DNA from: Octopus vulgaris | Taxonomy: Eukaryota | DNA: 64,000 nt | Assembly: GCA_951406725.2 (NCBI GenBank) | Contig: OX597832.1 | Coordinates: forward strand, 2,976,001 to 3,040,000 | Direction of reading: 5' to 3' | Shown: positions 40,701 to 54,200 of the stretch, one piece after another | Layout: every line of letters begins with the position of its first letter | How positions within the stretch are numbered: position 1 is the first letter of the stretch | The notes under the pieces: model-generated | What the model was told of the DNA's origin: nothing | What the model saw: the letters and a program-made list of their open reading frames with translations, nothing else | The model's database searches: none | Position numbers and translations under genes: made by a program

Positions 40701-43700
40701 AGAAATAATTACAGAGGTTTCAAATTTATGAACCAGGTCATGAGAGTTACAGAAAGAATTGTCTTATTTAATTAGGAAAAGAATTAGACAAAATGAAATG
40801 CAGTTTGGTTTTGTGATAGGAAGAAGTACTATCGATGCCTTCTTTCTAACAAGACAACTATAGGATAAGTATTTAGCTAAAAGTTAACCGTTGTATTTAG
40901 CATTCACTGACCTGGAGAAAGCTAGTTCCTCACTCTTGTTTGGTTGTCATTGATGAAGTGAGTGGGAGACTCATATATACCATGTACAGGAGTGTTATCA
41001 TTAAGAGGAGAGTTGGCAATGAGTACAGTAATGGATTTAGTGTGGAGGTAGGAGTTGACTAGGGTTTGGTTCTCAAGCTCTGCCTGTTCATCATAACTTC
41101 TCCAAGACAACAAAAATTTAAGACTAGTTTCCCCTTGGAACTGCTAGATAGCAATGACTTAATTTCTTATTGTGAGATCTCTAGTAGAATTAAACTTCAG
41201 GTGTGGAAGCAAAACCTGGAATCGAAGGACCTTAAAGTTAACTTAGCAAAGAGTTTTAATAAACAGGAAACAAACTGGACTCTACTTCCTTCAAGAAAAT
41301 ATCACCCTGCTTGATATGTAGAAAATTACTATGTATTCATTGCAGACTTTGGCACAAGAAGTGCAGTGGAATTGGAGAGTGATTAACAGTAAAAGCAGAT
41401 TTTAAATGGAGCTGTTGTGCAGGAGCAATAAACCCTGTCTCTCTCTCAGACTGAAAGCAGATTTTATGTTGCTTGTATACAAGCAGCAATACTTATAGTA
41501 GTGAAAGGTGGGCCCTGAATGCAGAGGACATGTGAAGACTATAAAAATCAGAAATAGTGTGTGAGAAAGAGGACTGTGTTGGTACGATCCTATGATGCCA
41601 TGTGGATGAGGACAGCTGTATGAAGAAGTACTGAGCACTGAATGTCACTGAAACCCATGGAAGTGGGAAAAGATGATAACATGAATGAGGCTGGATGACA
41701 AGGGGGAGTGGTTCCAGGCAGAGGGATAACTTGCAGCACGAAAGGAAGGTGAAATGTGGAGAGCTGTTCTCATAAAATTACAACTGAATAGTGCCATTGA
41801 TAGAGGACTGGGTAATAAGATGAGAGTGTGGGGTTCTTTGACCTGATACATCATTTTTAGAACTCTCTCATATCTGCCATTAACTACCTTCCTCCCACAT
41901 TCTTTTTATCGCTCTCTGTATCCACCCCTATATCTTATTGTCATCTCTGTCACTGCACTTTTCTCTCTCTCCCTTTTATCCACTCACCACCAAACATCAT
42001 CTCCCTGTTTCTTATCTACCTACAGTTTTATTATTCTGCTGCTTTCCACTCTTTAAGTACTGTTCCTTATCACACCCTCTCTTAACTACTTGTGTTTTGT
42101 ATCACTTTACCCCCAAACTCATATTTACCATCGACTCTGCCTCCACTGTTGTGCCCCATTCTCTTCTATATCATTTCTAACTGTCACTCTCTTCTTCCAT
42201 ACTTGTGAATTTACCTACATATACATAGACAGGCAGTTATGAAGGGCCCTCGTAACTTTTTTATTACAAATTTGTACCAATTTTTTTTCGATTCTGTCTT
42301 CTGCATAATGGAATTAATATGATTATGCAAAAAGAGGGGAAAATTTTTTTCTTTTATTCTCCCCACCCTTAATTCTGAAACTTTCCACTGTTTTTCAAAT
42401 TTTTTGTTTTTTTACTTAGTGGTTTTAAAATATAGACAGTCCTAATCTACCATTCATTTCTTTTTATAATTTTCAAATAATTTTTTAAATACTTCAAAAT
42501 CAAAATTGAAAAAGTTTTAAACAATCGCACATGCGCACGGCCTAAGAGAAAATCATTTGACCAGTGCAGAACCATGTGAGTTTGTGTAAATCATTAACTA
42601 ACAGAAAATAATCTAATTAAAATGAATTATCTGTAACATACCTTGAAATTATTGTGAATAAATTTCTGCTGTGTGTTTTATAAATGTCTTGTAGTTCTCC
42701 CAGGCATTGTCACATTTCATGTTACAGTAGCCTCCAGATGGCCTCATTCACATGTGGCCAGTGTGTATCTCCACTGGAACCATATATGTACTTGAGTCTC
42801 TGTTTGATTTGTGCCCAGTATGATTCCACGTTGTTCATACACACACCAGTCATGAGATCTACAAAATGAAATAAGTGGTTCACTGTTCCATGGGTATATC
42901 CCAGTCTGCTGAGATTGTTATAGCTGAGCCACATATCCGTAAAGATAGTGGGACTTACTTCAACATTTTTTCAATAATGACCGTTTCCAGTGTCTCTGCT
43001 TTTTGATCAGAAACAAGTTGCAGGTAACCCTTCTCTACAGTGTTATCATATATTCCAAGTATCCAAAATTTCTTCACTACTCTTCCAACTTTTGTCTACT
43101 TGGATTGTATGATTTGGGCCACCCAATTTCTTCTTGTTTTTCAACAATATTTGGGTACATATTTCCCTGCAAAATTCATACCACTGGACAGCTGTCTGTC
43201 TGCTGATATTGTTGATGGACATGCAGCATGTCACTGGCATTTCACATATAAAGTCTAGGGTTATGTGTAAAAGTGTGAAGACCATCAATTGACCTTTTTT
43301 CCATAAAAGTATTCTTCCTCACAGACACAGTCTTCATACAATTGCTACAGTGCCAAATAATGCTGTCTATCGCATCTTCAAATGACTGTAAAACCATTTG
43401 TTGACGACAAACACACTGTTTTCTTTCTGCTTTAAGAGCGTTTTCCATCAAAAACTGAAGAAGAAATCTCTTTGCAGTTTCTGAAATAATTCCGCTCTCG
43501 GTGAAGACATATCGAATGTAATGTTGAAACATAGTAAAACTCCAAAACATGAGGTGTTCAATTCAAATTTCAATTTGATTGTGAACTTCTCACTAGGGGG
43601 TCACTCTTCCAATGACCAAATTGTCTGAGAGTGGTCATTTGCACACTCATTAAAAAAAGATTATTATTTTTTTTTTTTTGCATAATCATATTAATTCCAT

Positions 43701-45629
43701 TATGCAGAAGACAGAAGTGCAAAAAATTTGTAAAGATTAAAAAAGTTATGAGGGGTTTTAACACGTGCTTACATCATAACTCCACCCATACACACACGCA
43801 TACATATATGTATATATATACAGGTCGTCATCGACTTACGACCACAATTGGTTCCAACTGACTGGTTGTAAGTCAGCCTAAAGGCCTACATAGCTTTGTT
43901 TTATATTTTTACATTCTTAAGGTAAATTCTCAGGTAAAAGTCACACACAGCATTCTGTATTATACTACAACAGTGTTATTTGTTTATAGAAAAGTACCAA
44001 AGAATGCAAATACGTGAAATACACAATGTAGTGCATGACACAGTTGCAAAACTTACATAAAAATTTATTGTAGACTGGTGCTTGGCTGTGGATCTTTGAT
44101 GTTGTTTGTTAACTGACATCATCCATTGATGGGTTAATTTCTAAGAAATTAAACCCATTAGATTTCAGCTGGACTATTTATTATTGTTGCCAGGAGCTGG
44201 CGCACCAATTGTCATAAAGTTGATCTGTCGTAAGGTGGACAGGTCATAAGTCGATGACGACCTGTATAGATTTATATATATTAAAAATGAGGAAGACCAG
44301 TTTATGGGACTACCTTAGGTTTCATGAGGGATTTAGCTTTATGGTGTATCATCGGATCCCAAAAATCTGTTGGCCTATGCCTCTTAAAAATATGGAGGGG
44401 GAATTGCCTCACTACTCAAAGGTAACAATTGGGGATTATCTTCCTTTGCTATTGACTATCGATTTCCAGCTGTGCCACCAAAGGGGTCATCTATGAAGCT
44501 GAAGTACTAGCAGACCCTGGCAATACCACCGGTAGAAGTAGTAGCAGCTGTAGACCCAAGAACAGAACCAGCAACACAGCCACCATTGCCACAGTTAACA
44601 ACATTACCAATAACAGTGCCATTGGCAGTTTGCCTGACAACAACAACACTAACAACAACTGCAGTATTGCCATCAACACCAGCATTACCAACAGCTTCCT
44701 TAATGTCCACAGTAGCAGACCTGACAACCTCTATAGCAGCAGCAACAGGTCCAGTGCCATTGCCAGCTATAACGACAATTACAGCAGCTGCAGTGAAAGT
44801 GGCCCTAACAGAAACACCAGGGGAACCACAGTTGATGACACTTTTAGCAACAATGGCAGCTCTCCCAATGACAAGGACCACAATAATAGCAACAGCAGTG
44901 GCAATACCATTACTGACACCACCACCTCCTCCTCCAACAATGCCAGCACCAGCTCCAACAACAATGTCAGCGGCAGCAGCAGCAACCACAGCAGGTACAG
45001 CCCTGACAACACATGCCCATGGATATGCATTGGATGTTCTGGGAATTCTTTCAAGCAATGTCTCTCCAACCATAGGTCCTCCTTTGGAGTTCCAGAAAGG
45101 AGATACATAACATCACTGGCCAGCCATGTCTAGCGACTAACAGACAATGAGATTTCATACTCAGTCTCGTGGAAAATCCTTGAGAACCCAGGCCCCTACA
45201 TCAATGGGACAAAGCATTGCAAGTTATGCATAGCTGAATGTGCGAGTATTGTAAAAGACTCACTTGAACCAGGGAACATCCTTAACTCCAGAATGGAGAT
45301 TTTCGGGCCTTGTTTACATTTCAAGAGGTTCCTGCTAGCTTTTCAGAGCCCACAGAATGGCAATACAGCTGGAAGTCGATAGTCAGTAGCAAAGGGAGTA
45401 GCAATTGTTACCTTTGAGTAGTGAGGCATTTCCCCCTCCATATAAATTTAAGAGGTCATGGGCCAACAGGTTTTTGGGATTTGACGACACGCCATAAATC
45501 TAAACCCTTTATGGATGGAAAACCTAAGGTAATCTCATAAATTGGCCTTCCCCATTTTTAATATATACTACTCTGCATCTTAGAGTGTGCTTCTTCTTTC
45601 GGATTTATGTTTTCTACAAACGATATAAA

Positions 45630-45699
<70 letters not shown>

Positions 45700-46096
45700 T
45701 AGACCCATTGGGTCACCAGGAAACTCAGTTTCCCAGCAACAAAGTTTTATTTTGTGGGGTTTTTCTTTTCCAGGTTCTTTCGCATGCTTTCAACAGATAT
45801 GACATTGAAATCATGCATAAATGGCTCCTTTCCCCAGAAAAGGAAAGATTTGGCTGCTATTTCTTGCATGCCCTACTACTACGTAACAGCTATGTTGGAT
45901 CCTTTATTGCAGATAGTTGTTACATGGTAGCAGGGCATGCTAGAAATAGCAGCCAAATCTTTGGAGGTGACATAACATTGAATGCACTCAAAAAAACCTA
46001 GGGAAAAAACAATTTCACCCCAAAGTTACAAAGTTTATGATATATATATGTGTGTGTGTGTTTATGCATGTACGCATGCATATGTGTACATGTATA

Positions 46097-46141
<45 letters not shown>

Positions 46142-49100
46142 TTGTATGTATGTATGTGAGTATTTATGGGTGTGTGTAGACGTGTCTGTATGTGTGTGTG
46201 TATGTAAATGTATGTTTATGTACTGATATGTGTGTTTGTTTAAGTTGTGTATATGACTGTTACTCTGTCAAAGGTTGTATGTATATATATTTACTTTAAA
46301 AAAGCAAATATTTTTTTGTTGTCAAATCACTGTCTAATGGAAAGGTTAGAGTTTCTTCCCTTTCAGGATGAAGTTATATTCGGAACATTTTCCCATTATG
46401 CACCATTTTGGGTATTTATACACCCAAACCCCAAATATCTCAATAACTACTGCTCCAATTTAAGTGAAACTTGTTTCATTTCATTTGTATCAACATTTCA
46501 GGGTAAACTTAATTCATAGTAATAATAAATCTCTGAGCAAGGTATAGGGCACAGAAAGTGTCAATAGCTTGCTGGAGGAGGTGTCCTCCTGGGGCTACAA
46601 GCTACAGTAGCATCCACCCTTAAGGGTTAGTCACATTTAAGTGGCAAATATACTTCACGATTAATTCACAGGATTTTCCCATAATGCACCAGTTTTTTTT
46701 TATTTACTATGGTCCCTATTAGCAGCGTACCTTAAGAATTCCTTTTTTCATAGTTAGGGTTTATCTCACCTTTTTCGCATGTAAGAAGTCCTGTGAAAGG
46801 TTTTCTCTCCATGTATAAATCTTTATACACTCTTATATATATAATATATATTAATAATAATATTAAGGAGTATATCCAAACTTACAGGGAAAAATTAGAT
46901 TTAGGATTAAATCAAATTTCACAGTATAAATATAAATTAAATTAGAGATAAAACCACTATTAGGCAAATCAAACAGTGAAAGACATAAACCAAAACATAA
47001 AAATAAATATAATTAATATAATTATATTTATTTTTATGTTTGATTTGCCTAATAGTGGTTTTATCTCTAATTTAATTTATAATGTATATTAATAGATTTA
47101 TGTAGTACAATTCAGACTTTAAACTGTGCAACAAACAACCAGTATTTAGAACTCTTGTTGCATTTTATTGCAATATCATTTGGTATGAATCAGGAGTTTG
47201 CTTCTTTCACAGTGTACATATAGAAAGACATGAGGCTGTTTTCAGATACATAATTACATCATTTGATATGTTTCATGAACAAAGGATAATTATTAGTTAC
47301 ATAATCAAGACTTGTCAAATCATCTGAGATGTGTAGCCTTTATATGTAATATAATTGGTCTTTAACAATGTTGACAGAAGCAACCACTGCATAAATGCAT
47401 GCATGATGTAGTATATGTATATATAATATATACAGGCTTCACTTGTTTTCTGTCTACCAAACATGCTCATATAGCTTTGGTTGTCTTGTGGCTATTGTAG
47501 TAATCAAGGTGCTTGCTGTGGAATTGAATCTGAAACCTGTGCTTTGAATTTTGTAACCCTACAGCCATGCCTGTCACAGGAAGAGCATTTTGGTCTAAAA
47601 TTCTGCCTCATATAATACCCTTGTCTAATATATGCTAGCATGAAGAAAGTGAACAAACAAATATGTATATATATATATATATATGTGTGTGTGAAGCATT
47701 CCATATCAGATCATTCCAAAGTATTACTGGTCTCAAGTGGAAGGACAAGGTGCTTCATACCAAAATCCTCCTTAGGGCTGGGATATCTACGGCATTGAGG
47801 CTTGCATCCTTTGTCGTCTTCTCCACTGGGTTGGCCATGTGATTTATTTTTACCTTTATCAATTCTTGTCAGATTTACCTTCAGCAAAGATTTATTTATT
47901 TACTTCTTTTACATTAAGATTTTCAGCAGAATCTATTTTATTGCTTAAAAAATAATTTTTTGAATTTAATTTTTGAAATGTGAAATTTTTTATTTTTTGC
48001 AAAAAAGAATTTTTATTTAATGTTTTGCCATTTACCTGCAGTAGAATTTGAATTACTTTGTTTATATTATGATGCTTGTTTGTTTGTTTTTTGTCCTTTT
48101 GTTGTTTTTTTTTCTTTTTAAATTGGTATCCCACTTTGCATGCAATTCCATTTAAAATGGTGAACAAAATGTGAACATGAGAAATATTTCTGGTGTAATT
48201 TTAAGTGTTTTAAAATTAAATTGAAGAATTGCAGGGAAAAGAAAGTCATTTTTACATTAAATTTTATTTAACTCTTGTCTGATTACTTTTTCTAAAAATA
48301 TTTGTAAATGATCTAAAAAGTTAAGAATTCATTTAGTGCTAAACAAAATACCTGTTTATATTATGAATTGTTAATCCCTTCATCTCTGTGGGGTTGATAG
48401 AATAAGTTCTAACTCCTCAAATAAATTCTAGGGTAGAGTAAATTGACTATGTCCCCTACAAAAGTTTTGCCCTTGTGTTAATGTAGAAAGTTATTAATAA
48501 TATTAAGGTGGTGAGCTTGCAGAACAATTAGCATGTTAGGTAATATGTCTAGCAGCAGCATTTTGTCCAACCATGTTCTTGAGTTCAAGTTTTGCTGAGG
48601 TCTGCTTTGCCTTTCATCCTTTCAGAGTTAATAAAATAAGTACTAGTTGAGCACTAGGGGCAATGGAATCAGCCTACCCCTTGCCCCCGAATTGCAGGTC
48701 TTGTGCCAAAATTTAAACTTTTATTAATGTAGAGAGCTAGCAGAATCATTAGCATGTTGAACAAAATCCTTAGCAGCATTTCTTTTGGCCCTTTACATAC
48801 TGAATTCAAATTCTGTCAAGTTTGACTCTACCTTTCAGGGTCAATAACATAAGTATCAGTTGCATATCGAGGTTGATGTAATCAACTAGACTCCTCCTCT
48901 AAAATCTGAGGCTTTATTCCTATAGTAGAAAGGATTATGAATGGCATAACAATATAATAAGAGCAGAAGGACAGTTTCATATATATCTGGGAAGTTGGAT
49001 AACATCAGATGGAAGGTCAGATAAGGACATCATGTGCAGAAATGGATTAGCAAAGAAGACATTTATGGATATGAGAAGCATTTTTTGTGCAAAGTGAATT

Positions 49101-51236
49101 GGAATGGAAGTCAAGAAAAGACTATTAAAGTCCTGCATCTGGTTGGTGCTAACATATGGATGTGAGTCTTGGACGATAAGCAAGGTCATGGAGAAGAAAC
49201 TCAAAGCTGCAGAAATGTGGTTTTATAGAAAAATGCTTAGAATCTCATGGGTGACGAATGTGGAAGAAGATGAAAGTGAAGAGACAGTTGATGGATATTA
49301 TCAGAGAAAGACAGTGGAGATTTGTTAGTCATTTTCTCGGAGAGGATGATGGAATGGAGCGTTACATGGTGGAGACTGAGGTGGTGGAAAGGAGAGCGAG
49401 AGAGGAAGGCAGAGAATGAAGATGTTTGACTGGATGAAGAAGGGATTAAATGTGCAGAGCGAGTAAGACTTGGGTGATGTTGCAAGAGATAGAAATAAAT
49501 GGAGGAGGAACAAGCCATGATTCGTCAACGGCATGAATATATCATGACACAAGAGAGAGAGAGATGAATGGCATAATTTGTAGAATGCCGGATTGAGTAC
49601 TGTGCATTATTTAGTTATTCCTTTTACATTGAGTTCAGATTGTAACAAAATTGACATGGCTGCTCATTCTTCTAGGGCTTGATTTATTAATTATACCCTC
49701 CCCAAAATCTTTGGCCTTGTGCCTTTGTAAGAAAGAAGTTATTATGACACTAGGTTGGCTGATGCAATAGTGCTTGACTAAATAATAAAGAACAACTACA
49801 CTATTAAACTAAATTACTATTCACAAAATGTCTCCGTAATTATTTTGGATCAGATTAAATATCCTCAATTGTTTTGCATGTAATTTCTTTTATTTATATA
49901 TTTTTGTTATAATAAAGAAAAATATGTAATCAAATTATTAACCAGACAATGAATTATAATGATGTGTGACATTTAACATATGTTAATCAATTTTTGTAAT
50001 CTGTTAATAACAACACTAATCTTTAAATATTACTTTTTCTTAAACTTAAAATCAGACAAGAGTTTAATCTTAATTTTTTTGATTTAATTATTTGTGTATA
50101 TATATTCCCAATATTTATCCTCCTTTTCTCTCTTCTATAATTAATGTTAGTATTTGTTCACCATTATGATCTTTTAAATATGTACTTTTTGTCATTTGTG
50201 TTTGCTGGAAGTTTCTATTGGTTGCAAAAAAGAAAAAATATCACATTGACTAAATTTCATTTTTTAACATTCACAAAGAATCTCTGACAGATACTTTTCC
50301 ATTACTTTTCTTATGTAAATCTGATGTAATCATAAAATAATATTCATGTCCTTTCTTGACACTGCTTTTAATTTTCTACAATGCAGTATATAGAAACTTC
50401 CATGCTTTTTTTTTTATTATATTTATTTATTTGGTTCCAGCCCTCAGCTTTGCTATCAAAATTGGTTATGCTAAACTGCTTAATTAGTTTTTTAATAGAT
50501 GGGAAACCTTGCAAAAAAACCCATTACCATATTTTGAAAAAAATACTGTTGTTCATATTGCTGGGTAACATATCTCATAAAAGGTACAGGAAAACTATGT
50601 TATATTGGTGCCCTAAAAACGGATTATTGATCTAAAGATACAATTATTTTTCTTTAATTTTATCAAAGATTTATAGGTAGACAATAGCTAGAAAAGTTTT
50701 TGTGTGTGTGTATTTCAATTAAAATAATGTGATAATAACTTGACAGAGACTAAACTGCTGTAAAGTTCAGTTGTTAGTCTACTGAGCATGTGACTGTGAG
50801 TTCAAACACTACTATAGGCAATGTGTTGTCTTATAATTCTGCTTGCTTCAGGTCCTATTTTAATTTTAGTCGTAAAATGAGTAGTACAAAGTGTGTAAAA
50901 TGAGTAGTACAAAGTGTGTCCAACTGTAAAAGCATTTCTAACAGGTAGTATAAACAAATGTCCAATTTTGCAAAGAAAATTAAATATAAAATAGCAGAAT
51001 TGAGAGGAGTTTTGTGACATCATGTCTGATATTTTTTGTTTTATGGTCAAGCAAGAATTAACTTGCCATTTCTCATTTTGAGATCAAGTATTTATTATCG
51101 TAATGTCTACCATTTGACCATTCATCCCTTGCAATAAACTATGATTCTCAAACAAGTTCATAACTTTGTTTCAATTTCTAGTTGAAACTATTTTTATTTA
51201 TTTCATTAATTCTTGGAAAAGGCACGATTGACACTT

Positions 51237-51279
<43 letters not shown>

Positions 51280-54200
51280 GTGTGTGTGTGTGTGTGTATG
51301 TATATAAAAACAGTTATTAGTGAGGCATTATGAATCTGGACAAAATACTTTATAAGCTCTCTGTTATACACCTGGCTAATAATATTGTTTAGATTAGTAA
51401 AGAACTGTACTTTTGTGGTAGGGTCCAAAGTTATGGTTCATTACCATATGAAAGTGGCTTTTATAACTCAGTACACTTTACACTGAAAAGTATTCTTTTT
51501 AATTTAATTTAATTTTTATTTTATATTTATTGCTATTTATTAATTTGAGATATTTGATGGAATTATTTAGTTTAGATGTTTTATAGTTGGGTGATAATCT
51601 TACTACTAGCAACTTTATTACAAAGTACTTTCAGCTAGATTGATTAGAACAAATAGTGTGCCTTGGAGTAGTGTATTTCAGTGCTAGTATAAGGACTTTT
51701 ACTACTTACCTACATTGTGGTAATTAATATATATATAAGAATATTTGACTGGGTTCTTGTGAATGTGTTTTCTGAGACTGTTGCTTAAATCACAGAACAT
51801 GACAGTTGAAATCATCACTGGTGCTGCAAGTGTATGCACAATGGGGCTTTTAGTTGCACTCAGTGAGATATAGTTTATTTGTAGAATCTACCCTATAAAC
51901 TGAAGCCATTTTCACTACTGGCTGGTGTAATCAGTTTGATTGAAAATCATTTGTACTTGGTGTTGGTGTGAAAAATAGTTCAACCATGTACAAATGAGTC
52001 AATGTTTGTAGTCATCTAGTGGAATAATGTCATCGTGTGTAGGGATAACTTTGACTCCAGGACTCATCTCACTTTTAGGTTTAATATTGTAGAGCTTCAT
52101 AAGGCAGTGAGCTGAAACAATTGTTAGCACACTAGGCAAAATGCTTAGTGGCATTTTGTCCACCTTTACATTCCGAGTTCAAATTCCACCAAGGTTGACT
52201 TTGCCTGTCATCCTTTCAGGGCTGATAAAACAAGTACCATCTGAGCACTGGGGTCAAGGTAATTGATGTATCTCTCCCTTGAAATTGCTGGCCTTGTGCC
52301 AAAATTTTAAACTAATATTGTAGACCTTAATTTTATTAAACACGGCAAATTTTCATCTCGTTTTCAATCCCCACAATTTTCTCTCTCCTATGAAGAACAC
52401 TAAGACTGGTTTCTTATTTTATTACTGTAAAACAATCCAAATCACTTGTCTCATTAGTATCAACTAGACCACATCAAACTTCCACAGGTCAGCATGGAAA
52501 GCGGACGTTAAATGATGATAATGAGTGAGGAGTATCATGGAACTATACAATTGTAGCTTTTATTCTTAGACCCTCACCTCTGCTTTCAGTAACAAGCAGA
52601 ACAGTTTCAGAATAGCCATCAGTGAGTGTGTGTGTGTACAGAGAGAGATACTAATTGCATTGTGGTATTCATACTAGCCATTTAAAGCATTAAATTCACT
52701 TCTGTGATGTTATTATGCAATAAATAATATTGCATTATATATAAAAGACTTTCACATATATCTTTGAGCTGGTCACTAACACATAAAGTAAAAAATCTCA
52801 GTGAGAAGGTCATATATGTACAACAAAAATTGATGTGTGATACAGATAAAGTGAAATAATTATAATAATTACAAAATAATACCAAAACAAATAGATTTAG
52901 CAGTGTCTATGAGTTTTGAATTGTTAGTGTAACTATGTAACTTGACCTCAGATCATAATATCTGTCATACAAGTACCACTCCTCAATATATATGTATATA
53001 TAATATGAGGGAATATTATTCCAAACTTACAGGGAAAAATTCAATTTAGAAATGTTTTTTAAAATTTATATATATATATATAATACAATGGTGCAGGTCT
53101 ATATGAGGTCATGGATCTGCACCTGGAAAGTCTTTCCATACATACATTCATTCATTCATTTCTCAACAGGCATCAGTTGTCTGTCAGAAAAGTGCTATCG
53201 ACTGATCTTTGCATTTTTTTGCCACAACCACTGTATTGATACCCATAGAAATGCAGTATATGTAAAACTTTATGTAGTAATACTTTTGTTGGTATACTAA
53301 ATACTGTTTCTGTATTAGTTGGATACTTATAGAGAATATTCCATGTTTAGTTTTTAACCTAATGATACCATCAAAATAAGAGGTAGAAATACAAACAGTC
53401 ATATACACAGGATTATTTGCACGGGAATTTTTTTTTGTCTTGAATTTTATGTAGTTTTTTTCCCTTGAATTTTATGTAGATTTTTTTCCCCCTTTTTTTC
53501 TGTTTTGTGATTATTTCAGTGTTGTTCTTTCATTTCCTTTCTTCACCTTTCAGTCTGTTACTAGACTATATCTTTCTGTTACCCTCATATTGTCATGTCT
53601 GTATCTATCTGTGAGGTTAATTGAACTTTTCCTTGTGACTGCCCAACCTTCAGTTTTCATTGCATTATTCACTAGGAGGTCTTGTGGAAAAAGGAACCAA
53701 AAAAAGATGAAAAGAAGAAAAAAAAAATTGTGAAGTTGCTTTCTCCTAAATGAGCTTTGATTCTAAGACAATCACTAGTGCAAAGAGATGGTGTTGTTTT
53801 AAATGATATTTCATTCATGCTGGAGGTAACAGATAGTTATATAAGCTCAACCATCCAATTAATATGATATTCTAATCAGATGAAATTCCATTCATAATAT
53901 GCTGCTATAAGTACCTTTGAATGTTGAAGTCCCTCATTCAAAATGACTGCTGTTATTTAATGAATTTGCTTTGGAAAGGTTTTCCGTAGATGCCATTACT
54001 AGAACTAAGAAGGTTTCTTTATATTGAATTGTTAGAAGATTATGCTGCTTGTACATGTTTCTTGTGTTCCAGATGGATGGTATCTGGTTATAGGCTATCT
54101 AAGGAAAACAAGAATAAGGAGAATGATAATGGTAGGTGACTGCAAAATTGGAGTATTCTTTTACTTGTTCCAGTCATTAGACTGTGACCATACTGAGGCA

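Larger units (their letters stand above)
44275..45567 (+). mobile_element. Penelope-like element remnant with inverted pseudo-LTRs
   Basis: Inverted repeat 44275-44431 vs 45402-45567; [43 protein letters not shown]...[13 protein letters not shown] resembles a PLE GIY-YIG C-terminus; central (CAA/CAG)-rich low-complexity tract. Confidence 0.7.

Noticed and set aside
44491-45133. Overlapping Thr/Ala-, Asn/Ser- and Val/Leu-rich ORFs (mucin-like)
   Set aside because: Low-complexity CAA/CAG tract open in several frames inside a Penelope-like remnant; no splice context linking it to a host gene.
54073-54135. Possible cryptic exon (ttgtgttccag ... gtaggt/gtgact, 59 or 63 nt) in the long intron
   Set aside because: No SA homology; such signals arise by chance in 27 kb; needs RNA evidence.
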